In this document: piece after piece, positions 22,128-43,734 of the stretch
Layout of the letters: each line of letters opens with the position of its first letter
Numbering within the stretch: position 1 is the stretch's first letter
Source of the DNA: the human T2T-CHM13v2.0 reference genome, Homo sapiens
Reading direction: 5' to 3' (one strand)
Assembly (NCBI RefSeq): GCF_009914755.1
Contig: NC_060931.1
Length of the DNA: 64,000 nucleotides
Position numbers and translations under genes: made by a program
The notes under the pieces: generated by a model
What the model was told of the DNA's origin: nothing
Databases searched by the model: none
The model's input: the letters and a program-made list of their open reading frames with translations, nothing else

Positions 22128-22351
22128 TTATCAAAAAAAAAAAAAAAAGCTAAAATAGGATATAAATTATAAATCTTAAATATACATATACAACTGTTGA
22201 AAAATATAAATAAACTTATACTTTTATTGTAAAAACAAATAAAATACTGAAACAACAACGTCAATTTGCACAAAAGCTTTTATTCAAAGCAATTTCATGA
22301 ATACCTAGCCATACATTCTATTTATTTTCTTAACATGAATTTTATTCTCAC

Positions 22352-22413
22352 CTCCAGAGCGGGGTTTCAATATTAAATCCATGACTTCTGTCCAGGAATT
22401 TTGTAGTATAGCT
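22352..22413 (-). CDS. PUS7: PUS7 exon 10 (c.1176-1237) [20 protein letters not shown]
   Basis: ttttag|A acceptor and GAG|gtgaga donor; in phase. Confidence 0.95.
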
Positions 22414-22929
22414 CTAAAATTAAACAACATTTATTTTACTAAATTTTGCATAAAGATAAAACTTTATATGCACAAATCTTTGAAGAGTCAACAAATCATA
22501 TTAACTATACACCGAAGCCTTGACCTCCCAGGCTCTACTCCCAGGCTCTAGTCTAGTGATTCTCCCACCTCAGCTTTCCCACCATCCTGACAGTAGCTGG
22601 GACTACAGACGCACACCACCATACCTGGCTAAGTTTTTAATTTATTGTAGAGATGGGGTCTCACTATTGGTCTTAAACTTTTGGGCTCAAATGATCTTCC
22701 CACCTTGGCCTCCCAAAGTGTTGGGATTACAGGTATTAGCCATTACACCTGGTCCTACATCATCTCATTAAACTTAAAAGTAGGCAGAAAATCTAATATG
22801 ATACAGATTTGAAATGTAAAAGAACTTCAAGTGCCAAAAGAACTTTCAAAAAAAGAATAAAATGGAAAACATAATGCTTACCCGTAACATTTACTATCAT
22901 TTCAGTTTAAAAATGTGATAATAGTATAA

Positions 22930-23097
<168 letters not shown>

Positions 23098-23514
23098 TGA
23101 GTAGCTGGGACTACAGGCACCTGCCACCTTGCCCAGCTACTTTTTTTTTTTTTTTTTTTTTTAGTAGAGATGGGGTTTCACCATATTGGTCAGGCTGGTC
23201 TCGAACTCCTGACCTTGTGACCCACCCGCCTTGGTCTCCCAAAGTGCTGGGATTACAGGCATAAGCCCCCGTGCCCGGCCCACATGGTATTATTTATATA
23301 AATCGCAGTTAAGTCTTTACGTGTGAAAACTTGTTTGAAACTTCTCAAAAGATTTATCTATGTTAATACCTTCTTGCCTAGGCAAATAGAATAAATACGA
23401 TTTACTCTTATCATTCTTGTCAAAATGAAAATATCTACATATTTGATGATTATAAAGGTTATATGCTTTTTAAAAAAATTTTATTTGTTGAGACAGTCTC
23501 CCTCTGTTGTCTAG

Positions 23515-24104
<590 letters not shown>

Positions 24105-24800
24105 TAAGAAAGGTTATGTATTATTCAATCTCTAAGAAATTAAGCACTGTTAACACTTTAGAGCATATTTTTGTTGGCAAATCTATAAGTGTATGTAATT
24201 CTTCCTTTAACTTTTACTATAGTATTGCTGTACAGAAATTATATTTTGTGTATTACATCTGAAAGTTTTCCTTTAAGATTTCTCATCTTGGAGTCATGTT
24301 TAGAAAGACCCTTCCCTATCAAAAGAATATAGGAATCCCCTTCTATTAATTTTTCTGTTTTTCCAGTTAATTATGGTTCTTTATTTTCACATTTAAGTTA
24401 CACAATACTGGGCATTTCTGGATATTAAATGATCTAAAATGCTATTTGGTATCTATCGATGACATCACCTGGATTTTCAATCCAATAATGTAATTACATC
24501 AACAGATTTCCTATTGCTGGCCACCACCACAGTCCTGGAACAAGCCATGTTAAATCAGTCCTTAAATATAGTCCTGGGGTGATAAATTATTTACTTGGAT
24601 AATCTTTTAGCCAATACTGACAAAAAGAGTATAGTACTAGTTGGTACTAGGGACTGATCTGACAGATATAATACACATAGATTTTTACACTAAAAAACCT
24701 TTGTTAGGCCGGGCATGGTGGCTCACACCTGTAATCTCAGCACTTTGGGAGGCTGAGGCACGCGAATCACAAAGTCAGGAGATCAAGACCATCCTGGCTA

Positions 24801-25041
<241 letters not shown>

Positions 25042-25042
25042 T

Positions 25043-25245
25043 TACAGCCTGCAGGCACAATCTGATTGTCCACCTAATTCTGTAGTTTTATTGGAAAACA
25101 GCCATGCTCATTGCTTTGCATATTGTCCATGGCTGCTTTTGCAGTGTAACTCCAGAGCTCAGTACCTGCAACAAATATTGAATGGCCCACAAAGCCTAAA
25201 ATATTAACTAACTGTTCCTTTACAGAAAACCTTTGCCAACACCTG
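25043..25245. mobile_element. MER58A-like hAT MITE
   Basis: gttttattggaaaacagccatgctcatt ... tttacagaaaacctttgccaacacctg. Confidence 0.7.
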
Positions 25246-25342
25246 ATATAACATATTGAACAGTTTCTTAACTGCAGGACTTTTCAACACCTTTAAGATG
25301 CTACCATATACTGTAAAGGTTTAGTATACAATGCCATATTAA

Positions 25343-25606
<264 letters not shown>

Positions 25607-25884
25607 TAGCTGGGATGGTCTCGATCTCCTGACCTTGTGATCTGCCCCCCTTGGCCTCCTGGAGTGCTGGGATTACAGGCGTCAGCCACCGTGCCAGGCC
25701 ATTTTTTTTGTATTTTTTTAGTAGAGATGGGGTTTCACTGTGTTAGCTAGGATGGTCTCGATCTCCTGACCTCCTGATCTGCCTGCCTTGGCTTCCCAAA
25801 GTGCTGGCATTACAGGTGTGAGCCACCACGCCTGACCAGATGCTTTGTACTTTTCTTACTTTATCTTTCCTTCTTCTACCTTCT

Positions 25885-28925
<3,041 letters not shown>

Positions 28926-29915
28926 CTCCACCTATACAATATAAACTGAAAGTCTGTTTTTTCCCTCAGGAAATTCTATGGTGTTAACAGTGCGTTTCCT
29001 TGAAAGCAGGAAATATTCTTATGTTGTGAAAATGAATGATTTGGAATTTTGAGCTGACCGTACTGACCTTTGGTCACGCTATGTAATTTTTGTTGTGGGA
29101 TAAATTTGACCTCATTTTAATTACTTATATTTATTTACACTATCTTTGGCATACACAACGTATAGGATTCCATGGCTGTCCTTCTGCCAAATTAATTACA
29201 AATTTACAGGTTGATACAGTGCTCCCTTATTCTGTCCCATAATACAATTAGCATTTTTACTATTTTATCAATGTCCTCTGACCATTAGCAAGGTTGAAAA
29301 CATATTAGCAATCACTATATTCTAGGCATAAAAATAGATGTAGCATAAACATCATCTCACTTCATTTTCACCATTCTGTGAATTGGTATTATTATCTCCA
29401 TTCTACAGATGAGTAATTTAAGCCTCAGAACTCAAGTCTGTTTTCACCTGAGCTTTTTAACCTCCTCAAAGAGGCAGAGGAAATATAGATTTTTATCATT
29501 TTGCGCTTTTAAAATCACAAAAATGAATGCAACTTCATAGTTTAGATGCTGAAACAATGGACTGGAAGCCCGGAAAACTCTACTCCCAAACTAAAGCCAA
29601 GCAATTGATGAGTTCAGGCAGACCTCTCAAAGCCTAAGTTTGCTAACATGAAGGGTCTGAAAGACAAGGAAGAACATGGACGCTTAGATAACTTCCAGCT
29701 TGTAACTACCACAATTCTAACTCCCACGCGAATAATTAGTTTATGTAACAGAGTCTCTGCTGGGCAACAGGATTCCAGAAGTAGATTTAGGAACCCAACT
29801 ATTTATTGATGGGATTCCCACTGTAGGTTACCCTAGAGGGGTTCTTAATTGTTTAAAAGTAAATGACAATTCTTAAATTCCATGTCACTAATTTTATCAT
29901 TTATTACATTCTTTA

Positions 29916-30209
<294 letters not shown>

Positions 30210-30359
30210 TCAAAAAATAAAAATAAAAAATAAAATAAAATTAAGAGCGAGGGAAGGGCAGATCAAAGTTTAATAAACGTGTTAACACAGATCAGAAAAT
30301 GTGACATCTCTGTCTGGCTACTCTGGGTCTGAGTTACCCAACAGATTACTGTTGAATCA

Positions 30360-30521
<162 letters not shown>

Positions 30522-30527
30522 CTACTA

Positions 30528-30770
<243 letters not shown>

Positions 30771-30885
30771 TCACCTGAGGTTGGGAGTTCGAGACCAGCC
30801 TGACCAACATGGAGAAACCCCATCTCTACTAAAAATGCAAAATTAGCCAGTCATGGTGGCGCATGCCTGTAAACCCAGCTACTCA

Positions 30886-30990
<105 letters not shown>

Positions 30991-31239
30991 TCAGAAAAAA
31001 TAAATATATAAAATAAAATAAAAAAATAAAAATAGAACCCCTGGATGGGTAACCAAGAGTGGTAGGAAAGCTCACTTTTCAGGTCATATCCTTTTGAACT
31101 CCGATTTTTTACCCTGTGCACTCATTAACTTAAAACAAAAATCATGAAACTGTGGTTCATTTGCCCCAGACATGGGAGAACGTAGAAATAATTAAAAACA
31201 CCACCACCAACAAACCCTGCTTTGTTTATGAGAAAGCTA

Positions 31240-31464
<225 letters not shown>

Positions 31465-31616
31465 CTACGGCCTGGCTTCCAAGTCTTTCGTTCACTCTCC
31501 TGCAGCTTTCTCTCTACCTCCCAAGGGCTCTTTCTTTCTTTAAGTTGTGGTAAGATATTTATAATGTCAAATTTACTATTTTAGCCATTTTTAAGTGTGC
31601 AATTTGGCGGTATTAA

Positions 31617-31745
31617 CCCATTTATGGCAGAGGTTGCAATTTTTTGAATTTTTGCAATCAGACCTTGGCGATGACCTTGAGCAGTAGGATATAAATAATT
31701 CCTACATGCTTAGTGTTCCAATAATGGAACACTAGCATAAATGGG
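31617..31745 (-). mobile_element. MER85 piggyBac-derived MITE, intact, with TTAA target-site duplication
   Basis: TTAA|CCCATTTATG...CATAAATGGG|TTAA; the minus strand carries the MER85 palindrome GTTCCATTATTGGAAC. Confidence 0.92.
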
Positions 31746-32526
31746 TTAATTATATGCACAATGTTGGACAATCCTCACCACTATCTACTTCCCAAATTTT
31801 TTCCCGTTTCCAAAATGAAACTCTGTACCCCTAAACAGTAACTTTCCATTACCCCTACCCTACCCTTTCCCCAGTAACCACTATTTTACTTTCTATGTCC
31901 ATGGATTTGCCTATTCTAGGCGCTTTAAGTGGAATCACAGGCTCAGTGTCTTTTTTTTTTTTTTGAGTTGGAGTCTCACTCTGTCCCCTAGGCTGGAGTG
32001 CAGTGGAGCGATCTCGGCTCACTGCAAGTTCTGCCTCCTCGGTTCACGCCATTCTCCTGCCTCAGCCTCCTGAGTAGCTGGGACTACAGGTGTCTGCCAC
32101 CACGCCCGGCTAATTTTTTGTATTTTTAGTAGAGACAGGGTTTCACCGTATTAGCCAGGATGGTCTCGATCTCCTGACCTTGTGATCCACCTGCCAAGGC
32201 CTCCCAAAGTGCTGGGATTACAGGGGTGAGCCACTGCGCCCAGCCGGCTCGGTGTCTTTTACTACAATATTTGAAGGAGATGGTGTCTTTCCAAAGGCTG
32301 CACTAGGTTTTCAAGGGGCAAGGTGTCCACACAAATCCTACAGAGGTATTTGCTCTCACAGAGGTATCTGCTCTCCCAGCCCTGCCAGGCCCTGCTCTGC
32401 CCTCCCTTGCTGCCACTCCTGTTCTGTTAGTACCAGCTCACCAGGACCTTATGACCAACCGTGAGTAACATACTCAAGATGCCCTGGCCAGACCCTCTGG
32501 TCTACATTCCCACCTGCAGTTCTTTA

Positions 32527-32658
<132 letters not shown>

Positions 32659-33828
32659 TTAAAAAAAAAAAAAAAAGCAACAAAACAAAAAAGAGTAGAA
32701 AGAGGATCATGAGATACTGATTGTCTGCTTGGAACAGTACAGAAAACAAGATACAGCACACCTATGACCCCCTGAAAGGAAAAGGCACTGCAGCAGGTGA
32801 GGTGGGCGTGTCCTTCTCTTCTCTCTGCATTCTTCCTTCAGTGTAATGGTACGTGCTCCTGTTCAAATTGCATACTCCTGGCCATATTTTATATACTTAA
32901 AGCCTCTTGTTATTTACATGCTGATGAGTAACAGAACAATAATATCTGTGGAATTTTCTACTTTTTGTGGGGAGAGGGGTGAGAAAAGGGATGGGGACAG
33001 AGACAAATCCCATAGAAAGAATGGTATCAAGCATTTAAAAAAAGGTCATTATTTTTGTCAATCAGAAAAATTTTGTAAACTCATTACAGAAAACTTGGAA
33101 AATATAAAAAAGAGAAAAGGAAAAGAAATTCATATTTTCATTGCCTGAAAAAAATTTCCACTGACATCTAACTTTTTATTTCCTCCCTTTCTTTTTTTAA
33201 AAGACATGTTATATATAGCTGGAATTCTACCCAAATCTGTATCATGCTGCTATCAATATATAGAAATTTTCATTAGAAATTCCTTGCCTTCTTCAATAGG
33301 AAATGTATATAGAGAAACAGAGTACTGAAAAGCCTTTCTCCCCTTTTTATCTCTAGTGTCACCACTAACACCCAATGTTGTTTCTTTCTTTCCTTTTTTT
33401 TTTTTGAGACAGAGTCTCTCTCTGTTGCCCAGACTGGAGTGCAGTGGCATGATCTCAGCTCACTCTGCCTCCCTGGCTCAAGTGAATCTCCTGCCTCAGC
33501 CTCCCAAGTAGCTGGGCTTACAGGCGCACACCACCATGCCCGGCTAATTTTTTTTTAGTTTTAGTACAGATGGGGTTTCACCATGTTGGCCAGGCTGGTC
33601 TTGAACTCCTGACCTCAGGTGATCCGCCCGCCTCGGCCTCCCAAAGTGCTGAGATTACAGGTATGAGCCACCGTGCCCAGCTAATTTTTATATTTTTAGT
33701 AGAGACGGGTTTCACCATGTTGGCCAGGCTGGTCTTGAACTCCTGACCTCAGGTGATCCACCCACATTGGCCTCGCACAGTGCTGCGATTACAGGCGTGA
33801 GATAAGTTCAAGAGATTCTTCTGCCTGA

Positions 33829-34068
<240 letters not shown>

Positions 34069-34707
34069 TGATGTCTGTTTGGTTTCCACTAAGTGATCTG
34101 TCTAGCCTTGTTTTTCATGATATCTGGCCCTTAGAAGAATCCAGGCCAGCGCTTTTACACGTCTTTCAATGTGGATTTATCTGATTGTTTCCTCATGCTG
34201 AGACTCAGGTAAACACTTTGGTAGAAATATTACTGAGGTGATATGGCCCTTTTCAATGCATCACATCAAAAGGCAGTGATTTTGTCCAACAATGATAATA
34301 ACTTTAATCATTTAATTAGGATAGTATTTACTAGATTTTTACACTCTAAGAGTCTCTTTGTCTTTGCTTTTAATTAGTCATCAGTGGGGAAATACTTTTG
34401 AAATTGTGTAAAAATCCTGTTCCCCCAAAGTCTTTACCCAATTATTTAGGTACCCAAGCATGATTGTTGGCTGAATTGATTATTACTGTGTTGACTGAAA
34501 CTGTGTTTCTATATTTGTTGGCATTCTTCTGTAAATAAAAACTATGTAGGGGCCAGGCACAGTGGTTTACGCCTGTAATCCCAGTACTTTAGGAGGCCTA
34601 GATGGGCAGATAGCTTGAGCCCAGGAGTTCAAGACCAGCCTGGCCAACACAGCAAGATCCCATCTCTAAAATTAAAACAAACAACTATATGGAGAAACTT
34701 TAGTTAA

Positions 34708-34818
<111 letters not shown>

Positions 34819-35403
34819 TGAGGTCAGGAATTCGAGACCAGCCTGGCCAATATGGTGAAACCCCGTCTCTACTAAAAATACAAAAATTAGCCGGGTGTGG
34901 TGGCACACGCCTGTAATCCCAGCTACTTGGGGGCTGAGGCAGGAGAATTGCTTGAGCCCGGGAGGCAGAGGTTGCAGTGAGCTGAGATCGTGCCACTGCA
35001 CTCCAGCTTGGCTGTCAAAAAAAAAAAAAGCTCTGAGATTTAACTCATACTTAGGATGTCACCAGTCAGAGATTTTTTTTTTTTTTTTTTTTTTTAAGAC
35101 GGAGTCTTGCTCTGTGTCGCCCAGGCTGGAGTGCAGTGGCATGATCTCAGCTCACTGCCACCTCTGGCTCCTGAAATCAAGGAATTATCCTGCCCTGGCT
35201 TCCTGAGTAGCTGGGGCTACAGGCACACACCACCATGCCTGGCCAATTTTTATATTTTTAGCAGAGATGGGGTTTCACCAGGTTGGCCAGGCTGGTCTCA
35301 AACTCAAGTGATCTTCCCGCCTCAGCCCCACAAAGTGCTGGGATTACAGGGGTCAGCCACCACACCTGGTCAGAGATTCTTTTTTTTTTAATCTCAAATG
35401 TAA

Positions 35404-35604
<201 letters not shown>

Positions 35605-38600
35605 TAGTAGAGACAGGGTTTCTCCATGTTGGTCATGGCTGGTCTTGAACTCCTGACCTCAGGTGATCTGCCCGCCCTAGCCTCCCAAAGTGCTGGGATT
35701 ACAGGCATGAGCCACCTTGCTCGGCCTAAGTAGAGTCCTTTTAAAGTTGCATTTTAATGTTCAAATTTATGATCCACCTGGAATTTATTTAGCAAAGGGA
35801 AATGAGGTAGGGGAGCCACACTTAAATGGTTTTTTAGATGGTTACTCAGTTATCCAACATTTTTTGAATCAACCATTATTTTTTGAATCAACCATTATTT
35901 TCTCCACTTATCTTAAATGATACTTTGAATACGTACTAAATCCTTGGATGTATCTGGGTCTAGGATTACTCTATTCTACCTAGTCATGTTCCAGTATGAA
36001 ATTGCTTTAAGTGCTATATCTCTTTTTTGTTTTTGAGACAGAGTCTCTGTCGCCCAGGTTGGAGTGCAGTGGTGCGATCTAAGCTTACTGCAACCTCTGC
36101 TTCGTGGGCTTACAAAGTCTCCAGCCTTAGCCTCCTGAGAAGCTGGGACTACCGGCATGCACCACCATGCCTGCCCACCCTGGCCTCCGAAAGTGCTGGG
36201 ATTACCGGCGTGAGCCACTGCACCTATCCAGGTGCTATATTTATTTTTCTTTCTTTTTTTTTTTTGTTTTGTTTTGTTTTTGAGACAGAGTGTTGCTCTG
36301 TCACTCAGGCTGGAGTGGAGTGCACTAGTGTGATCTAGGCTTACTGCAACCTCTGCCTCTTGGGTTCAAGCAATTCTTCTGCCCCCAGCCTCTCAAGTAG
36401 CTGGGATTACAGACGCCTGCCACCAAGCCCAGCTAATTTTTGTAATTTTAGCAGAGACGGGGTTTCACCATGTTGGCAAGGCTGGTCTGGAACTCCTGAC
36501 CTCAAGTAATCTGCCCGCCTTAGCCTCCCAAAGTGCTGGGATTACAGGCGTGAGCCACCGCACCCAGCTGTACATATTGATTTTTGTATATTTTCTTATC
36601 TTATATAACTTTTTCTTCCTTTTTTAGAGACAAGGAATTGCTCTGCCACCCAGGTTGGAGTGCAGTGGTGCAATCATAGCTCACTGTAACCTTGAATTCC
36701 TGGACTATGTATGGGAGCAATGGTAGAACCCAAGAGCACGAATTAACCCAGGGATTGTATCCCAAGGAATCTAGAAGCGGAGGATCAGTATGAACAGAGT
36801 GAGGAACGGGGGACAAAACTCCTCTTCAGCCAGGAACTACTGCTGTAGAAACTGACAGAACAATTCAGGGTCAGGAGCTGTCCTAGAGAGAGTGTTCCGG
36901 AGACTGCTTCCTGATGGTGCCACAGAAGTGCCTGATAGTTCTGTCCTTTTTTTTTTTAAGTTGAGATAAAGTTAACATAATATAAAATTCACAAGGCTGG
37001 GCATGGTGGCTCACGCCTGTAATCCCAGCACTTTGGGAGGCCAAAGTGGCTGAATTGCTTGAGATGAGGAGTTCGAGACCAGCCTGGCCATCCTGGTGAA
37101 ACCCCGTGTCTACTAAAAATACAAAAATTGGCAGGGCATGGTGGTGCACACCTGTAATCCCAGCTACTCGGGAGGCTAAGGCAGGAGGATTACTTGAACC
37201 TCAGAGGCTGAGGTTGCAGTGAGCCGAGATTGTGCCACTTGTACTCCAGCCTGGATAACAGAACGAGACCCTGTATCAAAAAATAAAATAAAATAAATAA
37301 ATATATATATACACATGTATAATTCACCATTTTAACTGTTATAAAGTGTACATGCCAGTGATTTTTAGTATATTCACAACAATGTGAAACCATCACCACT
37401 ATATACTTCAAGAACGTTTCCATCACCTGAAAAAGAAACCCTGTACCTATTCAGCAGTCACTCCCGTTTCCTCTCCCTGCAGACCTCGGCAACCATTAAT
37501 CTACTTTCTGCCTCTATAGATTTTCCTATTTCAGACACATCATATAAACAGAATCATACAATATCTGGCCTTGTGCGCCTGACTTCTTAGTGGAATGTTT
37601 TTAAGGTTTATCCATGTTTTAAGTATATATCAGTATTTTGTTTCATTCTTTTTTGTGGCCGAATAGTAGTATCAATTCTTGAATATACGATAGACATCCA
37701 TCTCTAAATTCCACTGGCACAGCAAAAAGCAAGAACTATACTCAGTTCTGGTTGGTATGGGTGCTCCCTGAGAAATGGAATGAAGCTGACAATGTCTTCA
37801 TGATACTATTCACAGTTTTAATTATGATGATCCCAGATCAAGGTCTTTGGTTGTAAATTTACAGCAAATTCAGTGAGTAACTAGGGAATATAAAAATCTT
37901 GCTTTTAAACATCAGGAACCAATTAAGCAACATGATGCACAGAAAACCTTAATTAACAAAGCCAGGGAAATACTGGCCCAAGTTCAGAAAGGAGACTGGC
38001 AGGAACAGGCAGGAAAAGAAACAAATCATTCTGAATGAGACTGTTCCTGCCTGAGACCCTGTTAAAATTACTAGGTGGCTTTAGAGTTTCATGAAGCTGA
38101 AAAGACGTGCTGCTTATCCCCAGGACCGATCAATCCAGCAGTCATTCAAATGCCTGTGTGGCAGAGTGGGTTTCTCCTGTTCACAAGTTCCCACGGGAAA
38201 GGCCAATCTGCCTGGCCCCATGTATCCATTAAACAAACTAAGGGTGTAGCCTGTATCCGTGAGATAAGTGCTGTGTGCTTTCAGAGGGCCAACATTTAGG
38301 TGTCTAACACAGTTTCTTACTAAGTCAACAGGAAGATGATAAAGGCAGCAAAAATCTGAGGACAGAGCAGTGTCCTGATGAAGTGTGACATCTGCTGGCT
38401 GACCAAGAAAAAAAAGAAATATTCTTGGTCTTCAACTATTCTAAGACTTCACATCAGAAAACGCAAAATAAAATAACAAGATGCCATTTTTTGACCCTCA
38501 AATTAGCAAATGACTCCCTGTCCCCATCATAACACCATGCTGAGGAAGATTCTAGGGAACCAGAATAAAGGTGGTAAATTGGTACCACTTTTTTGCAGGA

Positions 38601-40040
38601 TAATTAGGCTTTGCTATTAAAAAAAAAGAGAGAGAGAATTTCTCTGTGTTTTGACCAGCAGATGGAAAGAAAAAAGACAAACCACATTAAAATGTCATAT
38701 TCCCTTTAAGTCAGTAATTTCACTGCTAAGTTTATCTTAATGAAGTTATCACAGATGTGTGCCAAGATTTAGCTACAAATACGTCTGTCATGGACTGGGT
38801 TATAACAGCAAGAAACGAGAAACAATGTAACATTCAAAAATAGAGTAATAGTTTAAATTAGGATATATCCATACATTCAAACATATTTTGCTATATACCT
38901 ACAGGAAATAAGGTACACCATCTATTGTTCAAAATAAGAATACATAAGTATTGCTGTTTAAAAAGGAAAAAAAGTCCCTCAAAAAATATATACCATGTTG
39001 TGAATAAGGTGATCTCGGAAGAAGTACAGTTATGGCAGGCCTTTCATTTTCTACCTAGTTCTTTCTGTGTTGAAAACAAAATAGGCAGAGCCCAGTGGCT
39101 CACGCCTGTAATCCCAGCACTTTGGGAGGCCAAGACGGGTGGATCACGAGGTCAGGAGATCGAGACCATCCTGGCTAACATGGTGAAACCCCATCTCTAC
39201 TAAAAATACAAGAAATTAGCTGGGCATGGTGGCGGGCGCCTGTAGTCCCAGCTACTCAGGACGCTGAGGCAGGAGAATGGCGTGAACCCAGGAGGCGGAG
39301 CTTGCAGTGAGGTGAGATCCCACTACTGCACTCCAGCGTGGGCAACAGAGCGAAACTCCATCTCAAAAAAAAAAAAAAAAAAAAAGAAAGAAAGAAAAGA
39401 AAAAGAAACAAAATAAACTGACTTTTTTTTTTTAATCAGAAACAAAATTCACAGAGCCAGCTAGAAATCACAGGAGGTGACTAGGTATTTTAGATACCAA
39501 AAACAAGGCAAAAACCTTCTGTTGTGACCTCTATCCACAGAGGATGAGAAAGCCTGAGCCTTCAAACCCCTGTCCCCCTACCCCCATTCTTCTGAGTTTC
39601 TGGGGAGTCCCTGGTCCATTACCCACAAAGGTTATTTCAAATCTCCACTCTCTTTCAAGCTCCCTTACCCACTCCTGCCCCTTCACTCTGAGCAAATGAC
39701 TCCACATTCTATATGCCACAGCGAGAAAATGAAACCAGGCCACCAGATAGGAACACCATCATCTTCATGTATTTACTCCTGCTCTCTTTCAAATGCTTCA
39801 ATATTTGTACACACCACCAGTAAAAGCAATGGTGAGATGACTGCTTTTATGACATCATGCCACTGTCTCAAGGTCAAGGAAGAAAAAGAACTGGAATAAA
39901 CATTACGATACAACCGGTTCAACAACTACATTATTTCAGGGGAATCAGAAAAGTAGTGGGAAAGAAGCCCAATTGTAGGGGATTATGGGGTAAAGAGGAG
40001 ATACCACCATAAATTCTTTATAAAAAGATGAGGAAATTCA

Positions 40041-40172
<132 letters not shown>

Positions 40173-40175
40173 TTA

Positions 40176-40403
<228 letters not shown>

Positions 40404-41016
40404 TTATTTTTAATTGCAGTATGACTGACATACACTGTACACATTTAAAATGTACAAGTTTTGACATGTGTATAAGCCCATGAAACCATTACCATATTAA
40501 AGACAATGCATCCATCACCCCCAGAAGTTTCCTTGCCCCTATGTTATTTCTCTCTCCCACCATTCCTTGCCTCTGGAGGTATACTAATAAGACAGCCTAA
40601 ATGTGTCTGACACAGTACAGCTATTAAATTCATCCTTTCTCTTTTACCTTCACTGTGACTAACTGGGTTCAGACCCTTATTCTCCCTCCCCAGAATACGT
40701 CAATAGCCCTGGTCTCTAGTTTTGCATGTCTTGCTCCACCGGCGATCCATAATCCAGCCTCTATACACCAATCCCCATTTAGATTAAGGTTGAGGCAAAG
40801 ACCCTCAACCTGACCTAACAGGCCCTTCAGGATCTACATCCTGCCTAACTCCTAGATCCTTATTTCTCGCTATGCTCCTCAAAAACTAAAGTACATGCCA
40901 GGTACCAAATATGCTTTCCAACGTCTTTTCTTAACCTGCTTTTTTGGTTTGGAAAAAACAATCCTAAATCCTACCCAGCCCCAGGAAATCTCTACTCATC
41001 CTTCTAGAATCTAGAC

Positions 41017-41232
41017 CAGTGGTTCCCAATCGGGGGCAATTCTGGCCTCAGGGAATATCTGACAATGCCTAGAGACATTCTTTGCTATCATAACTGGGCA
41101 AGGAGTTGCTACTGCTACATAGTGGGTAGAGACTAGGGATGCTGCAAAACATCCTGCAACGCACAGGACAGTCCCTACAACAAAGAATTATCCAGCCCCG
41201 AAGGGCAACAGTGGAGAGGTTGAGAAGCCTTG
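41017..41232. mobile_element. MER20 hAT-Charlie element
   Basis: cagtggttcccaatcggggg ... gggatgctgcaaaacatcctgcaacgcacaggacag ... gaggttgagaagcc. Confidence 0.85.
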
Positions 41233-41755
41233 AACTAAATTAAAACTCAGCATCCCATTTTCTATGAAAGCTTTCCTGTGTTCCCTCCACATCAACTCCC
41301 ATGCTTGTTGACAGGCATACATTAACATCCAAAGTATATCTCTATTTCAGTATTTATCTCACTGCAGGAGAAGTTCTGATTTACATGTCCGTCTATTCCA
41401 CTAATTATAATTGCTTCAAAAACACAGACTATTGCTTTTATCTGTAGCTCTCGGGTGTACAACAAAACAGCATGTTCACTATGTTGTAATTTTAAATAAC
41501 ATATTTAACAATGAATGAACAAAAGAGAGAAAGAAGCATTATTCTCTTGGCTTTACCAAAAAAATCTTTAAAAATTACACAAATAATACACGTTTCATAG
41601 ATAAGAAGAAGAAAAAAACAGAATGAAAAGTAATTTTTAAATAGGCAGAAGCACCATCTAAAGCTGAGAGAGAAACCCCCAAAGTAAATTTGAGAATTCT
41701 GAAAAGCAGTGCCAGGATATTTACAGTATAAATCCTGTTACGTGCTCTCTACTTA

Positions 41756-41854
<99 letters not shown>

Positions 41855-42072
41855 TCATCTGAAGTCACATACTGTAATATTATAAGGAAATCCTAATTCT
41901 CATAATTTAAGTTTTAATATAAACATACTTACAATCATAACACAGTAAGAGAAGAATGAGGAGAAACTTTATTTTAACATGAATCCAGGGAGGCTGGGCG
42001 CAGTGGCTCATGGTCTGTAATCCCAGCACTTGGGAGGCCAAGACAGGTGGATCACCTGAGGTCAGGAGTTCA

Positions 42073-42267
<195 letters not shown>

Positions 42268-42532
42268 TCAAAAAAAAAAAAAAAAAAAAATCTACTAAAA
42301 CAACATAAATTCATATGCAAGCTAGAAAAGTAAATGATAGCCAGGTGTGGTGGCATGCACCTACAGTCCCAGTTACTGGGGAGGCCTGAGGCAGGAGGAC
42401 TGTCTGCGCTCAGGAGTTGGAGGCTACAGTGCGCTATGATGGTGCCTGTGAACAGCCACTGCACACTACACTCCTGCCTGGGTGACGTAGTAAGACCTGC
42501 TCTCTTTAAAAAAAAACAAAAAAGGTAAATGA

Positions 42533-43026
<494 letters not shown>

Positions 43027-43734
43027 GATTTTTTGTATTTTTAATAGAGATGGGGTTTCGCCATGTTGGCCAGGCTGGTCTTGAATGCTCGACCTCAGGT
43101 GATCCACCCGCCTCGGCCTCCCAAAGTGCTAGGATTACAGGGGTGAGCCACTGCGCCCAGTCAATAATTCCTTTCTTAGCAGTGTAAACATTTGTGGCTA
43201 TTAGTAAATAACTGATGTTGTTCAAAGACTTGGCTAGCCAGCAACAAAAAAGGCAACAATGCACTTCCTATCCATCATCTACAATTCATTACATTACATA
43301 AGACAGTGAAAGCAAAGAAAAATGCATTCTAGAGATATAATGTACCACTATGAAAATTTATCTTCAGTTTTTAAAAAGTTATTGTGTGAATTTTCCATGC
43401 TGCTATTGCTTTGTATTAAAAAATGAAAAAAGCCAAATGAAATGCTAAAACTGGGATCTGAATAGTTTTGATATGAAGATAATAAGTAACCTAGTTAACT
43501 AAGAAGTATTTTATAAACTTAACCGTTCCATATGAGAAGGAAAAAGCCAGGAAGGATTTCTTAAATCCTGAGCAATCCTCAACTCCCGATCTTGGAGGAA
43601 CTCCCTCCCCACCCACCTATTCCTGTCAAGAATCGTCTGTTCTCTCTGGCTCAGGTACAGGCATAGTAGCACAGACTCTCTCCCAGGGAGTTAATAAATA
43701 GAGCAAAATAAATGTTACTTAATTGGGTACTGTG

